A stretch of 61,905 nucleotides of DNA, filler included, from Stramenopiles sp. TOSAG23-6 (lineage: Eukaryota), in NCBI GenBank assembly GCA_900128565.1. It is 24 parts of 24 records of this genome, joined end to end, with 100 filler letters (N's around TTAATTAATTAA, not from the genome) between each part and the next. Parts side by side here need not be neighbours in the genome. Positions count along the whole stretch, not along the records: positions 1 to 2,503 come from LT638007.1; positions 2,604 to 5,104 come from LT638008.1; positions 5,205 to 7,705 come from LT638009.1; positions 7,806 to 10,302 come from LT638010.1; positions 10,403 to 12,898 come from LT638011.1; 19 more parts are not named here. One strand, given 5' to 3'. This document shows positions 1-11,666 of the stretch, piece by piece. Position numbers and translations under genes: made by a program. The notes beneath the pieces are model-generated. The model ran no database searches, had not been told where the DNA came from, and was given only the letters and a program-made list of their open reading frames with translations. The stretch's first letter is position 1. Each line of letters begins with the position of its first letter.

Positions 1-14
1 GAAATAATTAAGGT

Positions 15-1484
15 ATGTTTTGCACTTTTCTTCTAGCATCCTTGTATATTTTTACAACTTCGTTTGCGGCGATACTGCCTTATGGAAATGATCGACAATT
101 GGCCCTTGAAAAACTCGAAAGGAATGGTTTAGCGTTGGAATTTCTTCCAGAATATCAAGGCGACGTTTATCTTGTAGATGCTGCCGTATTTCAGAATCCT
201 GATGCTATCCAATTTGCTTCTTCACTTGTAAAAGAGCAATATAAATTACGAGATGAAGAGCAAAGGGCTACATTTAAAAAAAATGCTGAACAAAGAGAGC
301 AAAAGGAGAAAGCTTTAAAAAGGGAAAGTCGCCTATTGGCATTTGAAAAGGGTGCGATGTCGTTTGAAGACCTCAAAGAAGAGGAAAAAAATGATCCAGA
401 ATTTCTACTTGCTGCAGTGAAAATCGGACAATTTCATTCAGATGCATTGCCAGACAAATATAAGAGCGATGTAAATTTGGCGAAACCTTTCGTTCACCAA
501 AATTTCAAATTTCTCGAGAAATGTGCAATGTCTATTAAAAATGACAAGAACGTTGTGTTAGAGGCGTGTAGGATGAGTCAATTAAAAAAGATGCAGGGTG
601 GAAATGGTAGTTTTAAGGCATTTAAGTATGCTAGTCTTGACTTAAGAAATGATGAAGATACAGTAACTGAAGCAATAAGAATTGATTTTCGAACTTTTCA
701 ATTTGCTTCAGATAAACTCAAATCAAACTTAGATGTAATGGTGCGTCTATATCAAGTTGAACCTCGCGTCTTAAAATTCTGTCATAACTCAAAAGTACTT
801 CTGTATTTTATACAAAAAGTAGGTTATCAAGTGTTTGAGCTTGGTAGTAGAGATTTAAGAAATAATGAAAATATAGTAACTGAAGCAATAAGAATTGATT
901 ATCGAACTTTTCAATTTGCTCCAAAGAAATTCAAATCGAGCATAGATGTGATGATGCGTCTATATCAAGTTGAACCTCGCATATTAAATTTCTATGACAA
1001 CCCAAAATATATTCTTCACCTTATTACAAAAAACGGCTACAAGGCATTTGAATATGCAAGTCGTGATTTGAAAGAAGATGAAGATACTGTAACTAAAGCA
1101 ATGAGAATTGATTTTCGAACTTTTCAATTTGCTTCAGAGAAACTTAAATGGAACATAGATGTGATGATGCGTCTATATCAAGTTGAGCGTCGCATACTAA
1201 AATTCTGTCATAACTCAAAAGTTCTTCTGTATTTTGTACAAAAAGAGGGTTATCAAGAGTTTGCGATTGGTAATTTAGGGTTAAGAAATGATGAAAATAC
1301 AGTTACTAAAGCAATAAGAATTGATTATCGAACTTTTCAATTTGCTTCAAAGAAACTCAAATTAAATACAGATGTCGTGATGCGTCTCTATCAAGTTGAG
1401 CCTCGGATATTACAGTTTGTACATAATGCGATAGTGTTTNCCCCNGAATTTTTTTTNTGCANATTNTTGCGAAGGAGGGCTTGA
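15..1484 (+). CDS. DUF4116-like repeat protein with N-terminal hydrophobic segment; 3' end obscured by Ns
   Basis: Repeated ~73-aa units (AFKYASxDLRNDEDTVTEAIRIDFRTFQFAS); motifs such as LALEF and KNDKNVVLEA are typical of DUF4116 repeats. Confidence 0.65.
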   Translation: MFCTFLLASLYIFTTSFAAILPYGNDRQLALEKLERNGLALEFLPEYQGDVYLVDAAVFQNPDAIQFASSLVKEQYKLRDEEQRATFKKNAEQREQKEKALKRESRLLAFEKGAMSFEDLKEEEKNDPEFLLAAVKIGQFHSDALPDKYKSDVNLAKPFVHQNFKFLEKCAMSIKNDKNVVLEACRMSQLKKMQGGNGSFKAFKYASLDLRNDEDTVTEAIRIDFRTFQFASDKLKSNLDVMVRLYQVEPRVLKFCHNSKVLLYFIQKVGYQVFELGSRDLRNNENIVTEAIRIDYRTFQFAPKKFKSSIDVMMRLYQVEPRILNFYDNPKYILHLITKNGYKAFEYASRDLKEDEDTVTKAMRIDFRTFQFASEKLKWNIDVMMRLYQVERRILKFCHNSKVLLYFVQKEGYQEFAIGNLGLRNDENTVTKAIRIDYRTFQFASKKLKLNTDVVMRLYQVEPRILQFVHNAIVFXXEFFXCXXLRRRA

Positions 1485-1957
1485 TAGACATTTTCAAGTC
1501 AAGCGAAGTAATTTGGATAAAATTATTTAAAGATCAAAACTTTTCCTCCTCAGATCAAAGAAAAGCTGAAATTGTGCTCTATTTGATGAATCAAATCAAA
1601 TACGATAGAAGTTTCCTTCCAAATCCTCTTTCAACAGAAATGTGGCGTCTTGTCATGTTTGCGAACTTTATGATTGATCTTTTAAAGCCTGTACCAACGG
1701 ATCCCCGTGTTCCGGAAAAAGCTGTTGCGAAAGAAATGCCCCTAAATAAGAAAAGAAATAGTATTACACAGGATTCTTCTGTTCAACGTGCTGAGGAAGA
1801 TTCTGAAGCAGTGTCAAAGAAAAGAAAGGTGGAACACTTGACGGGACAGATAATGGATTCTTTTGAAATGAAGTCTCTTATTCGACGTGCTACGGAAGAT
1901 GCTGTCGAAAAAANAANGCAAAANTATCAAAAAAAAAANGCTANTGNATNCTTTTGA
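1481..1957 (+). CDS. Hypothetical ORF, possibly a continuation of the upstream CDS across the N-containing junction
   Basis: 158-aa open frame abutting the previous ORF at ambiguous bases. Confidence 0.35.
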   Translation: MIDIFKSSEVIWIKLFKDQNFSSSDQRKAEIVLYLMNQIKYDRSFLPNPLSTEMWRLVMFANFMIDLLKPVPTDPRVPEKAVAKEMPLNKKRNSITQDSSVQRAEEDSEAVSKKRKVEHLTGQIMDSFEMKSLIRRATEDAVEKXXQXYQKKXAXXXF

Positions 1958-2119
1958 AATGGAGTCTCTTCTTTGACGTGTTACAGAAGATGCTGTCGAA
2001 AAAAAAATGCAAAAGTATAAAAATCACTGTGTGTAGTATAAAAACATATCAATCATATATCCTTCATAATCTTTATTCTTGAAATTATTAAGTGTTATAT
2101 CTTTCACCATTAAAGTCTG

Positions 2120-2503
2120 TTAAAAAGGCCTTGATGTTGAAGGGTCATTTCCTGTATTGTAACGTAGAAAATGACTTGCATCTCCACGAGAAAGTGCATT
2201 ATTCACATTACCATTATATTGCTGGTATGGAAATTGAACATTTTGCTGCGACACAAATTGATGACTGTTATTAGGTGTATTCGGCATTACTCTTGATTGT
2301 GGTGGCATATACGGCGGTGCAAAAGAATTATTATATTGCATGTTTGGTAGATTTGACACATGTGGTGGTCTGTACTGTTGATGGGAGAAGCGACTATTAG
2401 TCATTTGGTGGTGAATTGCTTGAAAATTACCCTGTCTAAATGAACGAGGATTCATATTCTGATTCATATTTTGATGCATATTCTGATTCATATTCTGATT
2501 CAT
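2120..2503 (-). CDS. C-terminal fragment of a Q/N/P-rich low-complexity protein
   Basis: MNQN repeats, open frame running into the contig end. Confidence 0.45.
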   Translation of the reverse strand: MNQNMNQNMHQNMNQNMNPRSFRQGNFQAIHHQMTNSRFSHQQYRPPHVSNLPNMQYNNSFAPPYMPPQSRVMPNTPNNSHQFVSQQNVQFPYQQYNGNVNNALSRGDASHFLRYNTGNDPSTSRPF

Positions 2504-2603
2504 NNNNNNNNNNNNNNNNNNNNNNNNNNNNNNNNNNNNNNNNNNNNTTAATTAATTAANNNNNNNNNNNNNNNNNNNNNNNNNNNNNNNNNNNNNNNNN
2601 NNN
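2504..2603. other. Artificial contig spacer (Ns-TTAATTAATTAA-Ns); recurs about every 2.58 kb
   Basis: Identical 100-nt linker with stops in all six frames between contigs of decreasing length. Confidence 0.98.
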
Positions 2604-2658
2604 TGTACCTAACAAATATTTTTAGATTTTTTTTTTGAAATATTTTTCCAAAATACAT

Positions 2659-4520
2659 CCATAAACGGTCGTCTTGTAGGACATATTGGCGTTCAAATCA
2701 GATTAGATAATTATATATTTGATATGAATTTTTCTCAGGAAATAAAATCAAGATGGCCCAAAAAATTACACACAAATAACTCAAATAATGATAGTGAGAG
2801 TGATGGACTTGAATCGCCTAGTAGTACCAATAGTATGAATAGCACTAATAGAAGTCGAGTATCGAGTTTTTGTAGTGAACGATTTGCGGAGGAAGAAGTC
2901 CTATTAGAAAGTTCGACGCATTACTTTTGTTTTCCAAGAGGATTGTATTTTAGTAGGAATACTTCACCTGGTATATTAAAAACAAATACAGCAGATTCTG
3001 CATTAAGTGGAAATTCAGAGAAACGAAGGCGTGTACTTACTCTTCCATTAGCAACTGTTCGATATGGCGATGGTGACGGAAAAGTAAGCAGTTTTGTTAT
3101 GACAGACGCATCTAGGAAAAATACGTATGGTCATTATGTCATACAATGGAAAAAAGTTGTAGGTGAGAGACGAAAACTTTTACAAAGTTGTATGGTGGAT
3201 GAACAAGTATGTGTTTGTATATACGAACCTTTTGTTACTGTAGTACTCACACGAAGTGTTCGACATGCGACATTTATATCAAGTCTATATAATTTTTGTA
3301 AAGTTTTTCCATGGAATGATTCAAAAGCTTCACATGAAAACACGGATTTCCCAAGCGTAGGTTACCTGGGAGTCCTTCATCGAGCAATGTTGAAAGAATT
3401 AGACTTATCTAAATCTGGTAAAAAAGACTTAAACATTAAGAATGGCAAAATTATGAATTATCTTGATTCTGATGTGAAATATTTATCATTTGATGCTTCA
3501 CCTCCACGGGCACCATTAGATCGACGTGGATCTCTAGTACATCTACCAGGCTCAAAAATGACTGGAGCTTGGCAGAAAATGCAACAAAATAGTGTTGGGG
3601 CGCATAGGTTGCCTGCAACTGATGTGGACTTTCGAGCGTTAGTTGATGCAGTCCCTTCGCATTTACTTGTAATGTTATGGGGTGCATTGGTGGCCCAACG
3701 AAGTGTCGTAGTGAGTTATACTCATCATGGTAGACTAACATCAATTATTGAAGCAGCTTTATGTTTACTTTGGCCTTTAGAATGGAATGGGGTATATATA
3801 CCTTTGCTCCCACTTGATGATATGTTTTTAGGTGTCTTGAATGCACCGGTTCCCTTTTTAGTTGGGGTTCCGTCTACAAGTAACATACCTGCATCTCGTT
3901 TACAGGCAGCACTTGAAGATGAATGTGAAGAGTTAGTTTGGATAGACTTGGATCGTCAGGAAATAATACCACCTCCAAATCCACCTCTACCTCCAGATGT
4001 GTTTCGATTTTTACTTTTAAATTTAGAAGATTGTTTTGGTTCAGAATCTACTCTACTATCAACGGAACCACCGGAAGCGAGATGGAGGCAAGTTCGATGG
4101 GTCTTTGCATTGGGTATGGCAAGTATACTACGAAGATATAGAAAATTTATCGTAAATACTCAAGATTACTTGGATGATGTACATGAAAATGGCGATTTTG
4201 ATGAATATATTTATGATAACATCATTCTTCCCTTTGATCAGAAATCTTTTCTAGCACAGTTCTCAGCGGAGCATTTGTATCTTTCTCAGAGATTCGTAGA
4301 AACACAAATATTTGAAGAATTCATTAGCCGAGTCGCGTCTACTACTCCGGAGCAGCGACGCTCTGAAGATAATTTGTTTGATGTTTTGTGCAGAGATCAT
4401 TCAAATTTAGTAGATCCATGCTCTTGGATTGGTGAAGGACGAAATGGTCCTCGAGAAACTAATACTGAAAATGTTGATGTTTCGAATCGGTTGAGTGTAA
4501 AGAGAAGATTAAGTCCATAA
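2659..4520 (+). CDS. DENN-domain protein (Rab GEF family), last exon; 5' partial
   Basis: FCFPRG, FVMTD..YG, LLWPLEWNGVYIPLLP, APVPFLVG and FVETQIFEEFI are DENN motifs; frame is open from the family acceptor AAAATACAT| at 2658. Confidence 0.9.
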
Positions 4521-4595
4521 TAATTTTATTTTATACCTCTTACTATACTTACATATAAATACATTCTTGATCATTGCTGTTAGTAGTAAGGTTTA

Positions 4596-5062
4596 TTATT
4601 TATACCTCTTGCATATAAATAAACCTGTAATCATTGCTGTCAGTGTCAAGGGTATACATACTTTACATATTGTTTTCAAAAAAGATATTTTTTCACCACG
4701 AGTTTTTATATCTGTATGAAGATATTGCTTTTGATCATTACCAGAGCCATAGTCTTTACTACAATGACCATCATTCCCAGTACTTTTTAGAATGTATCTA
4801 TACGTTAGAAGACCATCTACTCCAACAGGACCTCTAGCATGTATTTTATTAGTCGAAATTCCAACTTCTGCACCAAAGCCATATCGAAATCCATCAGCAA
4901 ATCGCGTAGAGGCATTAATAAAAGCACCAGCAGTATCAACTGAAGCAACAAACTTATTTGCAGCATTTTCATCATCGGTGATAATACAATCTGTATGCCC
5001 TGAGCCGTGAGTATTTATATGTTTTACTGCATCTTCTAGGGAATCAACAACTTTTACCGCCA
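4596..5062 (-). CDS. proA: Gamma-glutamyl phosphate reductase / P5CS C-terminal exon
   Basis: HINTHGSGHTDCI, NASTRFADGFRYGFGAEVGIST, HARGPVG; preceded by a family intron ending ATACAT. Confidence 0.92.
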
Positions 5063-5280
5063 ATGTATTTTGGAAAAATATTTCAAAAAAATATTCGTTA
5101 GGTANNNNNNNNNNNNNNNNNNNNNNNNNNNNNNNNNNNNNNNNNNNNTTAATTAATTAANNNNNNNNNNNNNNNNNNNNNNNNNNNNNNNNNNNNNNNN
5201 NNNNAAAAAAAAAAAAAAAATTGAAATTTTTTTTCGTTAGGTACAAAATTTCGTATAAAAAAATAAAATGTAGGAAATAC

Positions 5281-5961
5281 GACAAACAATCTCCACTTCC
5301 AGCCGATGCAAGAATTGATCCTAACCAAGATACACTTCTGACAGTTCCATCGTGTCCAGCTAAAATGACGTCATTTTCTTTGCTCGATGTTAATTTCAAT
5401 TTTTCATTATTTCGTGTTTTTGTTGAATGTTTCAATTTTTCATTATTATCCGTAGGGTTAGGGTTAGGGTTTGGTACATCATTTGGATGTTCACTGACAC
5501 GAATGACACGTATCATTTTATCATTAGATGCAGATGCCACACACGTATTATCATTTGAAAAGTGTACTGAATATATACTATACACAATATTAAAAAAAAA
5601 AAAAATCTTTTTAGTTTAGGTACAAAATTTCTTAAAAAATTTCGTAAAAAAAAAAAAAAAAAAAAAAAAATGAAATTCATGATGAAAACATACAAACAGA
5701 TCCTAAATGATGATTCTCTCTTTCTAAAAGTATACTACCATCAAATGCATCACATATTGTTATTTTTTTTGAGTTTGTACCAAAAACAACGAATTTGCCA
5801 TTTCTTGAGTAAGACACAGATCTTCGATACTATACAACAATATTTTTTTTTTTTTAAATGTTTTTTGTTAGGTACGAAATTTACTACGAAAAAAAAAATG
5901 ATTTTTTTTTTTTTTTTTTTTAATTTTTTTTTTTAGGTACGAAATTTACTACGAAAAAAAA

Positions 5962-5997
<36 letters not shown>

Positions 5998-6482
5998 TTT
6001 TTGTTAGGTACGAAATTTACTACGAAAAAAAAAGTTGATTTTTTTTTTTTTTAAATTATTACATACATTGCTTGGGTGTCTTTTGCTAAAGTAAACTGTT
6101 CAAAATCACTCAAACACAATATATCAGAGTTTCCGATAGTAGATGAATTTTCATCTGAATGTAACGAACTGGAATTGTCCTAAAATGTGAAGAATAAATC
6201 CATATTTTTTTAGATTGAGAATTTTTTTTTACGAAAAAAAAAAAAAAAAAAAAAAAAAATTAAAAAAAAAAAAAAAANNNNNNNNNNNNNNNNNNNNNNN
6301 NNNNNNNNNNNNNNNNNNNNNNNNNNNNNNNNNNNNNNNNNNNNNNNNNNNNNNNNNNNNNNNNNNNNNNNNNNNNNNNNNNNNNNNNNNNNNNNNNNNN
6401 NNNNNNNNNNNNNNNNNNNNNNNNNNNNNNNNNNNNNNNNNNNNNNNNNNNNNNNNTTTTTTTTTTTATTTTAAGAAAAAAA

Positions 6483-6518
<36 letters not shown>

Positions 6519-7630
6519 TACACCCAATAGATCCATCAACATCAACAAAATATGTTTCATACAAAATTTTCATACAAATTGAGTTTGGCACAGGACGCAA
6601 ACCTGTCATGGCTACAGCTCTGCTAAAAGACGAAAACGGTAATTGACAATATTGGAATCCATTGGTGTACCGGGTACCTTGAATGGTTGAAAAAGTATTT
6701 GGTTTTTTTTCTGTTTTTTTCTTCAATTTTGTTTGAAAATCTAAAATTTCTGTAAATAACGAAGATGTTATAATTGAATTATTGACAATTACTTTTTTTT
6801 CAGAATTTTTTTTTTGATTTTTTTGATTTTTTTGATGTTTCAAATTTTTTTTTTTTTGGTAAAAAAATTTTTGATTTTTTTCTAGGGTTAGGGCTTCATG
6901 TTTTTTCTTTTGTTCTTTTTCATTTCGTTTTGTTTCATATAATTGAATACGTTGTTGTAAATGTGGTGGAAGAGGAATCGGCGAATGTTTTGATTCATCA
7001 TGATCTTTGTTATTTTTGTTATTTTTGTTATTTTTGTTATTTTTGTTATTTTTGTTATTTTTGTTGTTAGGGTTAGGGTTTTCATTTGAAGTACTACGAA
7101 TTTTTGTACTTGAGGGAATTTCCCAAGTCTCTGCTGGTTTCAACTGATTTTGTTTGGGTTGTATTTGAATCATATTTTCTGTATTTTCTGTATTTTCTGT
7201 ATACATCTTATTCAATGTAGTTGGAATAAAATGTTGTATTTTTTTTTCAAAAATTTTTTTTTTTTCAAAATTTTTTTTTTCTTCAAAAATATTTTTTTTT
7301 TCAAAATTTTTTTTTTCATCAAAAATATTTTTTTTTTCATCATTTCCAACAGAATGAGAAAACATACAGCCAGAACGTTGTAAGATATCCTTCACTTGTT
7401 TATATTCTGTGATATTTCTACTTTGATTGCCCAGGTGTTTCATATTATCGATATTTCGTGTATTCATTGAAATTTCAATGTCATGATTTTTTTGTACAGT
7501 TTCAAAATGTTTGTTAGAATTCGTGTTATTAGGGTTAGGGTTTAAACACAGTGCATTTCTCATTCCAATACTACAATTTTTTGCTCTAAATTTGACATGT
7601 CGATTATCAATTGGATAATCATCACCTCGG
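5281..7630 (-). CDS. WDR47: WDR47-like WD40 protein, partial; inferred exons 7630-6522, 6179-6067, 5824-5694, 5572-5281 (internal gap 6278-6456)
   Basis: Spliced sequence DTQAIRSVSYS..GTNSKKITIC..HHLGSVYSVHFS..ASASNDK..HDGTVR..ASAGSGDC follows the WDR47 WD40 region as I recall it. Confidence 0.75.
5573..5693 (-). other. Non-canonical intron GT-AT
   Basis: GTATGT...TGTACCTAAA...TATAGTATAT|; restores GSVYSVHFS; the AG 5 nt upstream gives a frameshift and stop. Confidence 0.8.
5825..6066 (-). other. Non-canonical intron, probably GT-CG, with three branch-point cassettes
   Basis: GTATGT...TATAGTATCG|; restores DTQAIRSV. Confidence 0.6.
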
Positions 7631-7652
7631 ATGTTTTTTGGAAAAATATTTC

Positions 7653-7701
<49 letters not shown>

Positions 7702-7805
7702 TTTTNNNNNNNNNNNNNNNNNNNNNNNNNNNNNNNNNNNNNNNNNNNNTTAATTAATTAANNNNNNNNNNNNNNNNNNNNNNNNNNNNNNNNNNNNNNN
7801 NNNNN

Positions 7806-7852
<47 letters not shown>

Positions 7853-7929
7853 CAATTTTTTTTTCATAGTAAATTTTGTACCTAACAAAAAAAACAAAAA
7901 AAAAAATGATATATTTTTCAAAAATACAT

Positions 7930-8686
7930 ACAAACCAGATTTTCATGGGTGGATTAAACACAATGGTGATGCATAATACATGTGAAGATTCGTTATTGGC
8001 TGCTCCTTTGATTTTGGATTTGGTCATTTTAACTGAACTTATGGAACGTATTTCTGTTAAAACACAGTCAAATGGTGAATTTGAACGATTTCATCCTGTG
8101 TTGTCTATTTTATCATACCTTCTCAAGGCACCAATGTATGTTTTTTTTTTTTTTTGAAAAATCTTTTTTTTTCATACGAAATTTCGTACCTAACAATTTT
8201 TTTTTTTTTTCAAATATTTTTTTTAGTATAGGGTCGCTGAAAACACACCTGTTGTGAATGCATTATTTGCTCAACGTGAATCGATTGTGAATGTACTACG
8301 AGCATGTTCTGGTTTAAACCCTAATCATCACATGGGTTTGGAACATAAAGTGTACGTTTATATATTATGAATTTTAAATTTATTTATTTTTTTTTTGGTT
8401 TTCATACAAAATTTTGTACCTAACAAAAAAAATTAAATTTTTTTTTTTTTTTATTTTTTTATTTTTGTTTTCTTTCTAAAAAAAATGATACTATAATTAA
8501 TAATTAATAATGAGTAAATAATAACAAATTTTTTAAAATGACTATATTGTTTCATAATACAGGTCATGTGCTGGAACAAACATGTCTATGGCATGTGCTG
8601 CTGCAAAGAGTTCTTCTGTTATTTTCAAAAATAAGGAAAATAATTGTATGGTGAATTCGAGATCTTCTTCTGTTCCTATCTTGTAA
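7930..8686 (+). CDS. INO1: myo-inositol-1-phosphate synthase, 3' part; exons 7930-8135, 8232-8351, 8563-8686
   Basis: [39 protein letters not shown]. Confidence 0.95.
8136..8231 (+). other. Family intron with GT-AG ends
   Basis: GTATGT...ATACGAAATTTCGTACCTAAC...TTAGTATAG|; restores [14 protein letters not shown]. Confidence 0.9.
8352..8562 (+). other. Family intron with GT-AG ends
   Basis: GTACGT...TTGTACCTAAC...AATACAG|; leads in frame to the stop at 8686. Confidence 0.75.
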
Positions 8687-8904
8687 GAGAAAAATGTACA
8701 AAAATCACTATACTATTATATTGTATTGTTATTTATACAATATATATATATATATACGATATTTTTATACGATTATTTTTATACAATATAATGTAATTTT
8801 GTATAGTGTGATAGAAGTATGTTTTCAAAATTAATTTTTTTTTTTTTTTTTTTTTTTAAATTNNNNNNNNNNNNNNNNNNNNNNNNNNNNNNNNNNNNNN
8901 NNNN

Positions 8905-8947
<43 letters not shown>

Positions 8948-8984
8948 TTTTTTATAAAAACAGGATAGAAATAGAATGTAAATT

Positions 8985-9339
8985 CTGAGTGAAATGGATT
9001 TGGCGATAGGTGGTTTTTATATTGATTCTAGTTGTTGTTGTTGTAAATACTGAGTGAAATGGATTTGGCGATAGGTGGTGTTTATATCTAATCATTAGAA
9101 TAACTATTTCTATATCATGTATGTTGTTTGTTTGTATCATGAATTTTTTAACATTATTGTTTTTTTTTTTTCATACAAAATTTTGTACCAAAACAATTTT
9201 TTTTTTTTGAGTATATACGGTTTTATCATTTTTTTTTCATACAAATTTTCCTACCTAACAATTGTTTTTAACCAATTTTAAATTTCTATTCTTTTTGATA
9301 ATACATGAACTGAGTGAAATGGATTTGGCGATAGGTGGT
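8985..9339. repeat. Three copies of a 30-bp sequence CTGAGTGAAATGGATTTGGCGATAGGTGGT
   Basis: Copies at 8985, 9050 and 9310. Confidence 0.85.
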
Positions 9340-9482
9340 TTGTGACTTCTATTTTTATGTTAAGAAAAATAAATTCTTTTAATTTCAATTTTTTTATTTT
9401 TTTTTTTAATATTCTGAAATAATTTATTTTTGATGATCCCTATTTTATTGATAGGAATTAAAATAATAATTATGGAAAATAT

Positions 9483-9996
9483 TTAGAAAAGACATCTTTT
9501 TGCACTAGTATTTCCGGCATTAGCAGATGAAAAAAAATATTCAGCAAGATTTTGTTTTGCTTCACTATTACCTAAATTAGCAGATTTAGTAAACCACTTT
9601 TTAGCTTCATTTACGTCTTGAGCAACACCAATACCATGAAAATAGCATTCACCAAGATTATGTTGTGCCATACTATTACCTAAATTAGCCGATTTAGTAA
9701 ACCACTTGAAAGCTTCTTTTTTGTCTTCAGCAACACCATGACCATGAAAATAGCATCGACCAATATAAAATTGAGCATAACTATAATCACTATTATCCAT
9801 ACACATCTTAAATGCTTTTTTATCATCCATTTTATAACCATTCCAACCCCAAAATGTACATAATGCAATAGCCGTTGGAAAACCAGCTATAGCTGCAGAT
9901 TCAATCATTCGTATTCCATTCTCTCTATCCTCAGTCTGAAAATCTATGCCATAATATTTTGCATAACCAAGTTCAAATAAATTCTGTGCACCTTTA
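9483..9996 (-). CDS. Sel1-repeat protein, 5' truncated by fold-back
   Basis: AQFYIGRCYFHGHGVAEDKKEAFKWFTKSANLGN repeats. Confidence 0.9.
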
Positions 9997-10302
9997 TAAA
10001 GGTGCACAGAATTTATTTGAACTTGGTTATGCAAAATATTATGGCATAGATTTTCAGACTGAGGATAGAGAGAATGGAATACGAATGATTGAATCTGCAG
10101 CTATAGCTGGTTTTCCAACGGCTATTGCATTATGTACATTTTGGGGTTGGAATGGTTATAAAATGGATGATAAAAAAGCATTTAAGATGTGTATGGATAA
10201 TAGTGATTATAGTTATGCTCAATTTTATATTGGTCGATGCTATTTTCATGGTCATGGTGTTGCTGAAGACAAAAAAGAAGCTTTCAAGTGGTTTACTAAA
10301 TC
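9691..10302. repeat. Spacerless inverted duplication (306-bp arms), likely amplification chimera
   Basis: Centre CCTTTA|TAAAGG at 9996/9997; identical ORF on both strands; ends at the contig end. Confidence 0.9.
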
Positions 10303-10402
10303 NNNNNNNNNNNNNNNNNNNNNNNNNNNNNNNNNNNNNNNNNNNNTTAATTAATTAANNNNNNNNNNNNNNNNNNNNNNNNNNNNNNNNNNNNNNNNNN
10401 NN

Positions 10403-11666
10403 GGTAACTGGATCTTCAAAATTATTTATATCTTGGTGGGTAACTGGATCTTCAAAATTATTATTTTCGTCATTACTTCTACATTCTGTCGAAACAAGTG
10501 CTACACTGGACTCCACTGAACTGATTTTTGTACCAGACATTTTTAATGTGTCTTGATCCGTAATATTTAGAGTGTTGGTTTCATAGGAATCATTTTCATT
10601 GAGAACATCAATTTCTTGAAAAGCAACTCGTTGCTCAAGCTCAGATAAAGCAGCATTTGAGTGAGCTAGTTGTTCTACTTGGCGGTTTAATAAAGCTTCC
10701 TTTGCTTTCAACTCGGCCTTCAAACGCGAATTTTCCTTTTCAGTTTCATGTGTAGTGAAAATTATTTTAAACTTGAAATTCGTTAGGTACAAAATTTGGT
10801 ACAAAACAATTTAGGTAAAAAAATTAATTTTGAAAACGTACATGCCTATCTGATTCCAACACCGAAAGAAATTTAGATTCTTTAGTAATATCGGTAAATA
10901 TTTTAGCTGTAGTGTTATTAGATTTACTCGAAACACTTTCAACAATGATGTCACTATTTAAAACAACATTTTGGTCAATTTGTAAAGCCGTTGCCAGATT
11001 AGATAAATTCATATCGCGAAATTGGTCCTGAGCAAGTGCACGATCCTGCTGTGTCACTGCTTCACCATCGAGCATTTCTAGGCGAAAAAGTCTCATTATT
11101 GCAAAGTTTCTCGCTTGCGGCAGTGTAGATATTTGGTTTGATGTCCAGCTAAAAGAGAGTAACTTTGTTAGTGTTGCCAAACTATTAAGGTCATTGAGAC
11201 AGGATAACTTATTATCATCGATACGAAAAACGGTCAAGTTTTTTAATTTTTCAAATGACGATGGTATTCTTTTGATGTAATTTTCTGATAAATCTAGAGC
11301 CTGAAGCAGCTGTAAATGAAAAATTCCAGTAATGGATGAGATTTGGTTCCCTGAAAGGTTCAGACGGAGGAGGTTGTGTAAAGACTCGAAGCCCTCTATA
11401 CATTTAATCATATTACCACCCAAATCTAAATCTTCTAGTGCACTCATGCTTGAAAGACCTTCAATTTTATAAAATTTTCCATGTGAACGGTGTTTGTAAC
11501 GAAGCGACAGTGTCTTTATCTTTTCAACACTGGGTGGACCATCTTTAGCGCCCACATTTTCTTTTTTTGAAGCAGCGGCAAAGTTTGCCAGTATAACGGG
11601 GGTTGTAATATAACGGACACAATCTTTTTTGAAATTTGACTTACACAATGTTGAATCTCTCGTCAT
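10403..11666 (-). CDS. SDS22-like leucine-rich-repeat plus coiled-coil protein (centriolin-like), 3' partial; intron 10748-10841
   Basis: LEDLDLGGNMI, LRLNLSGNQI and LEMLDG LRR cap, followed by coiled coil. Confidence 0.8.
10748..10841 (-). other. Non-canonical intron GT-AT
   Basis: CAT|GTACGT...TTGTACCTAAC...TACACAT|GAA joins two open frames (DRH|ETEK). Confidence 0.8.

Noticed and set aside
2548..2559. Regularly spaced TTAATTAATTAA as a biological repeat
   Set aside because: Always centred in 100-nt N blocks: a synthetic six-frame-stop linker. Gene adjacency across linkers is meaningless.
8985..9339. CRISPR array
   Set aside because: Only three copies, irregular low-complexity spacers, eukaryotic context, no cas genes.
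9691..10302. Long palindrome as a hairpin telomere or foldback element
   Set aside because: Spacerless, cuts a Sel1 gene and ends at the contig edge; typical whole-genome-amplification chimera.
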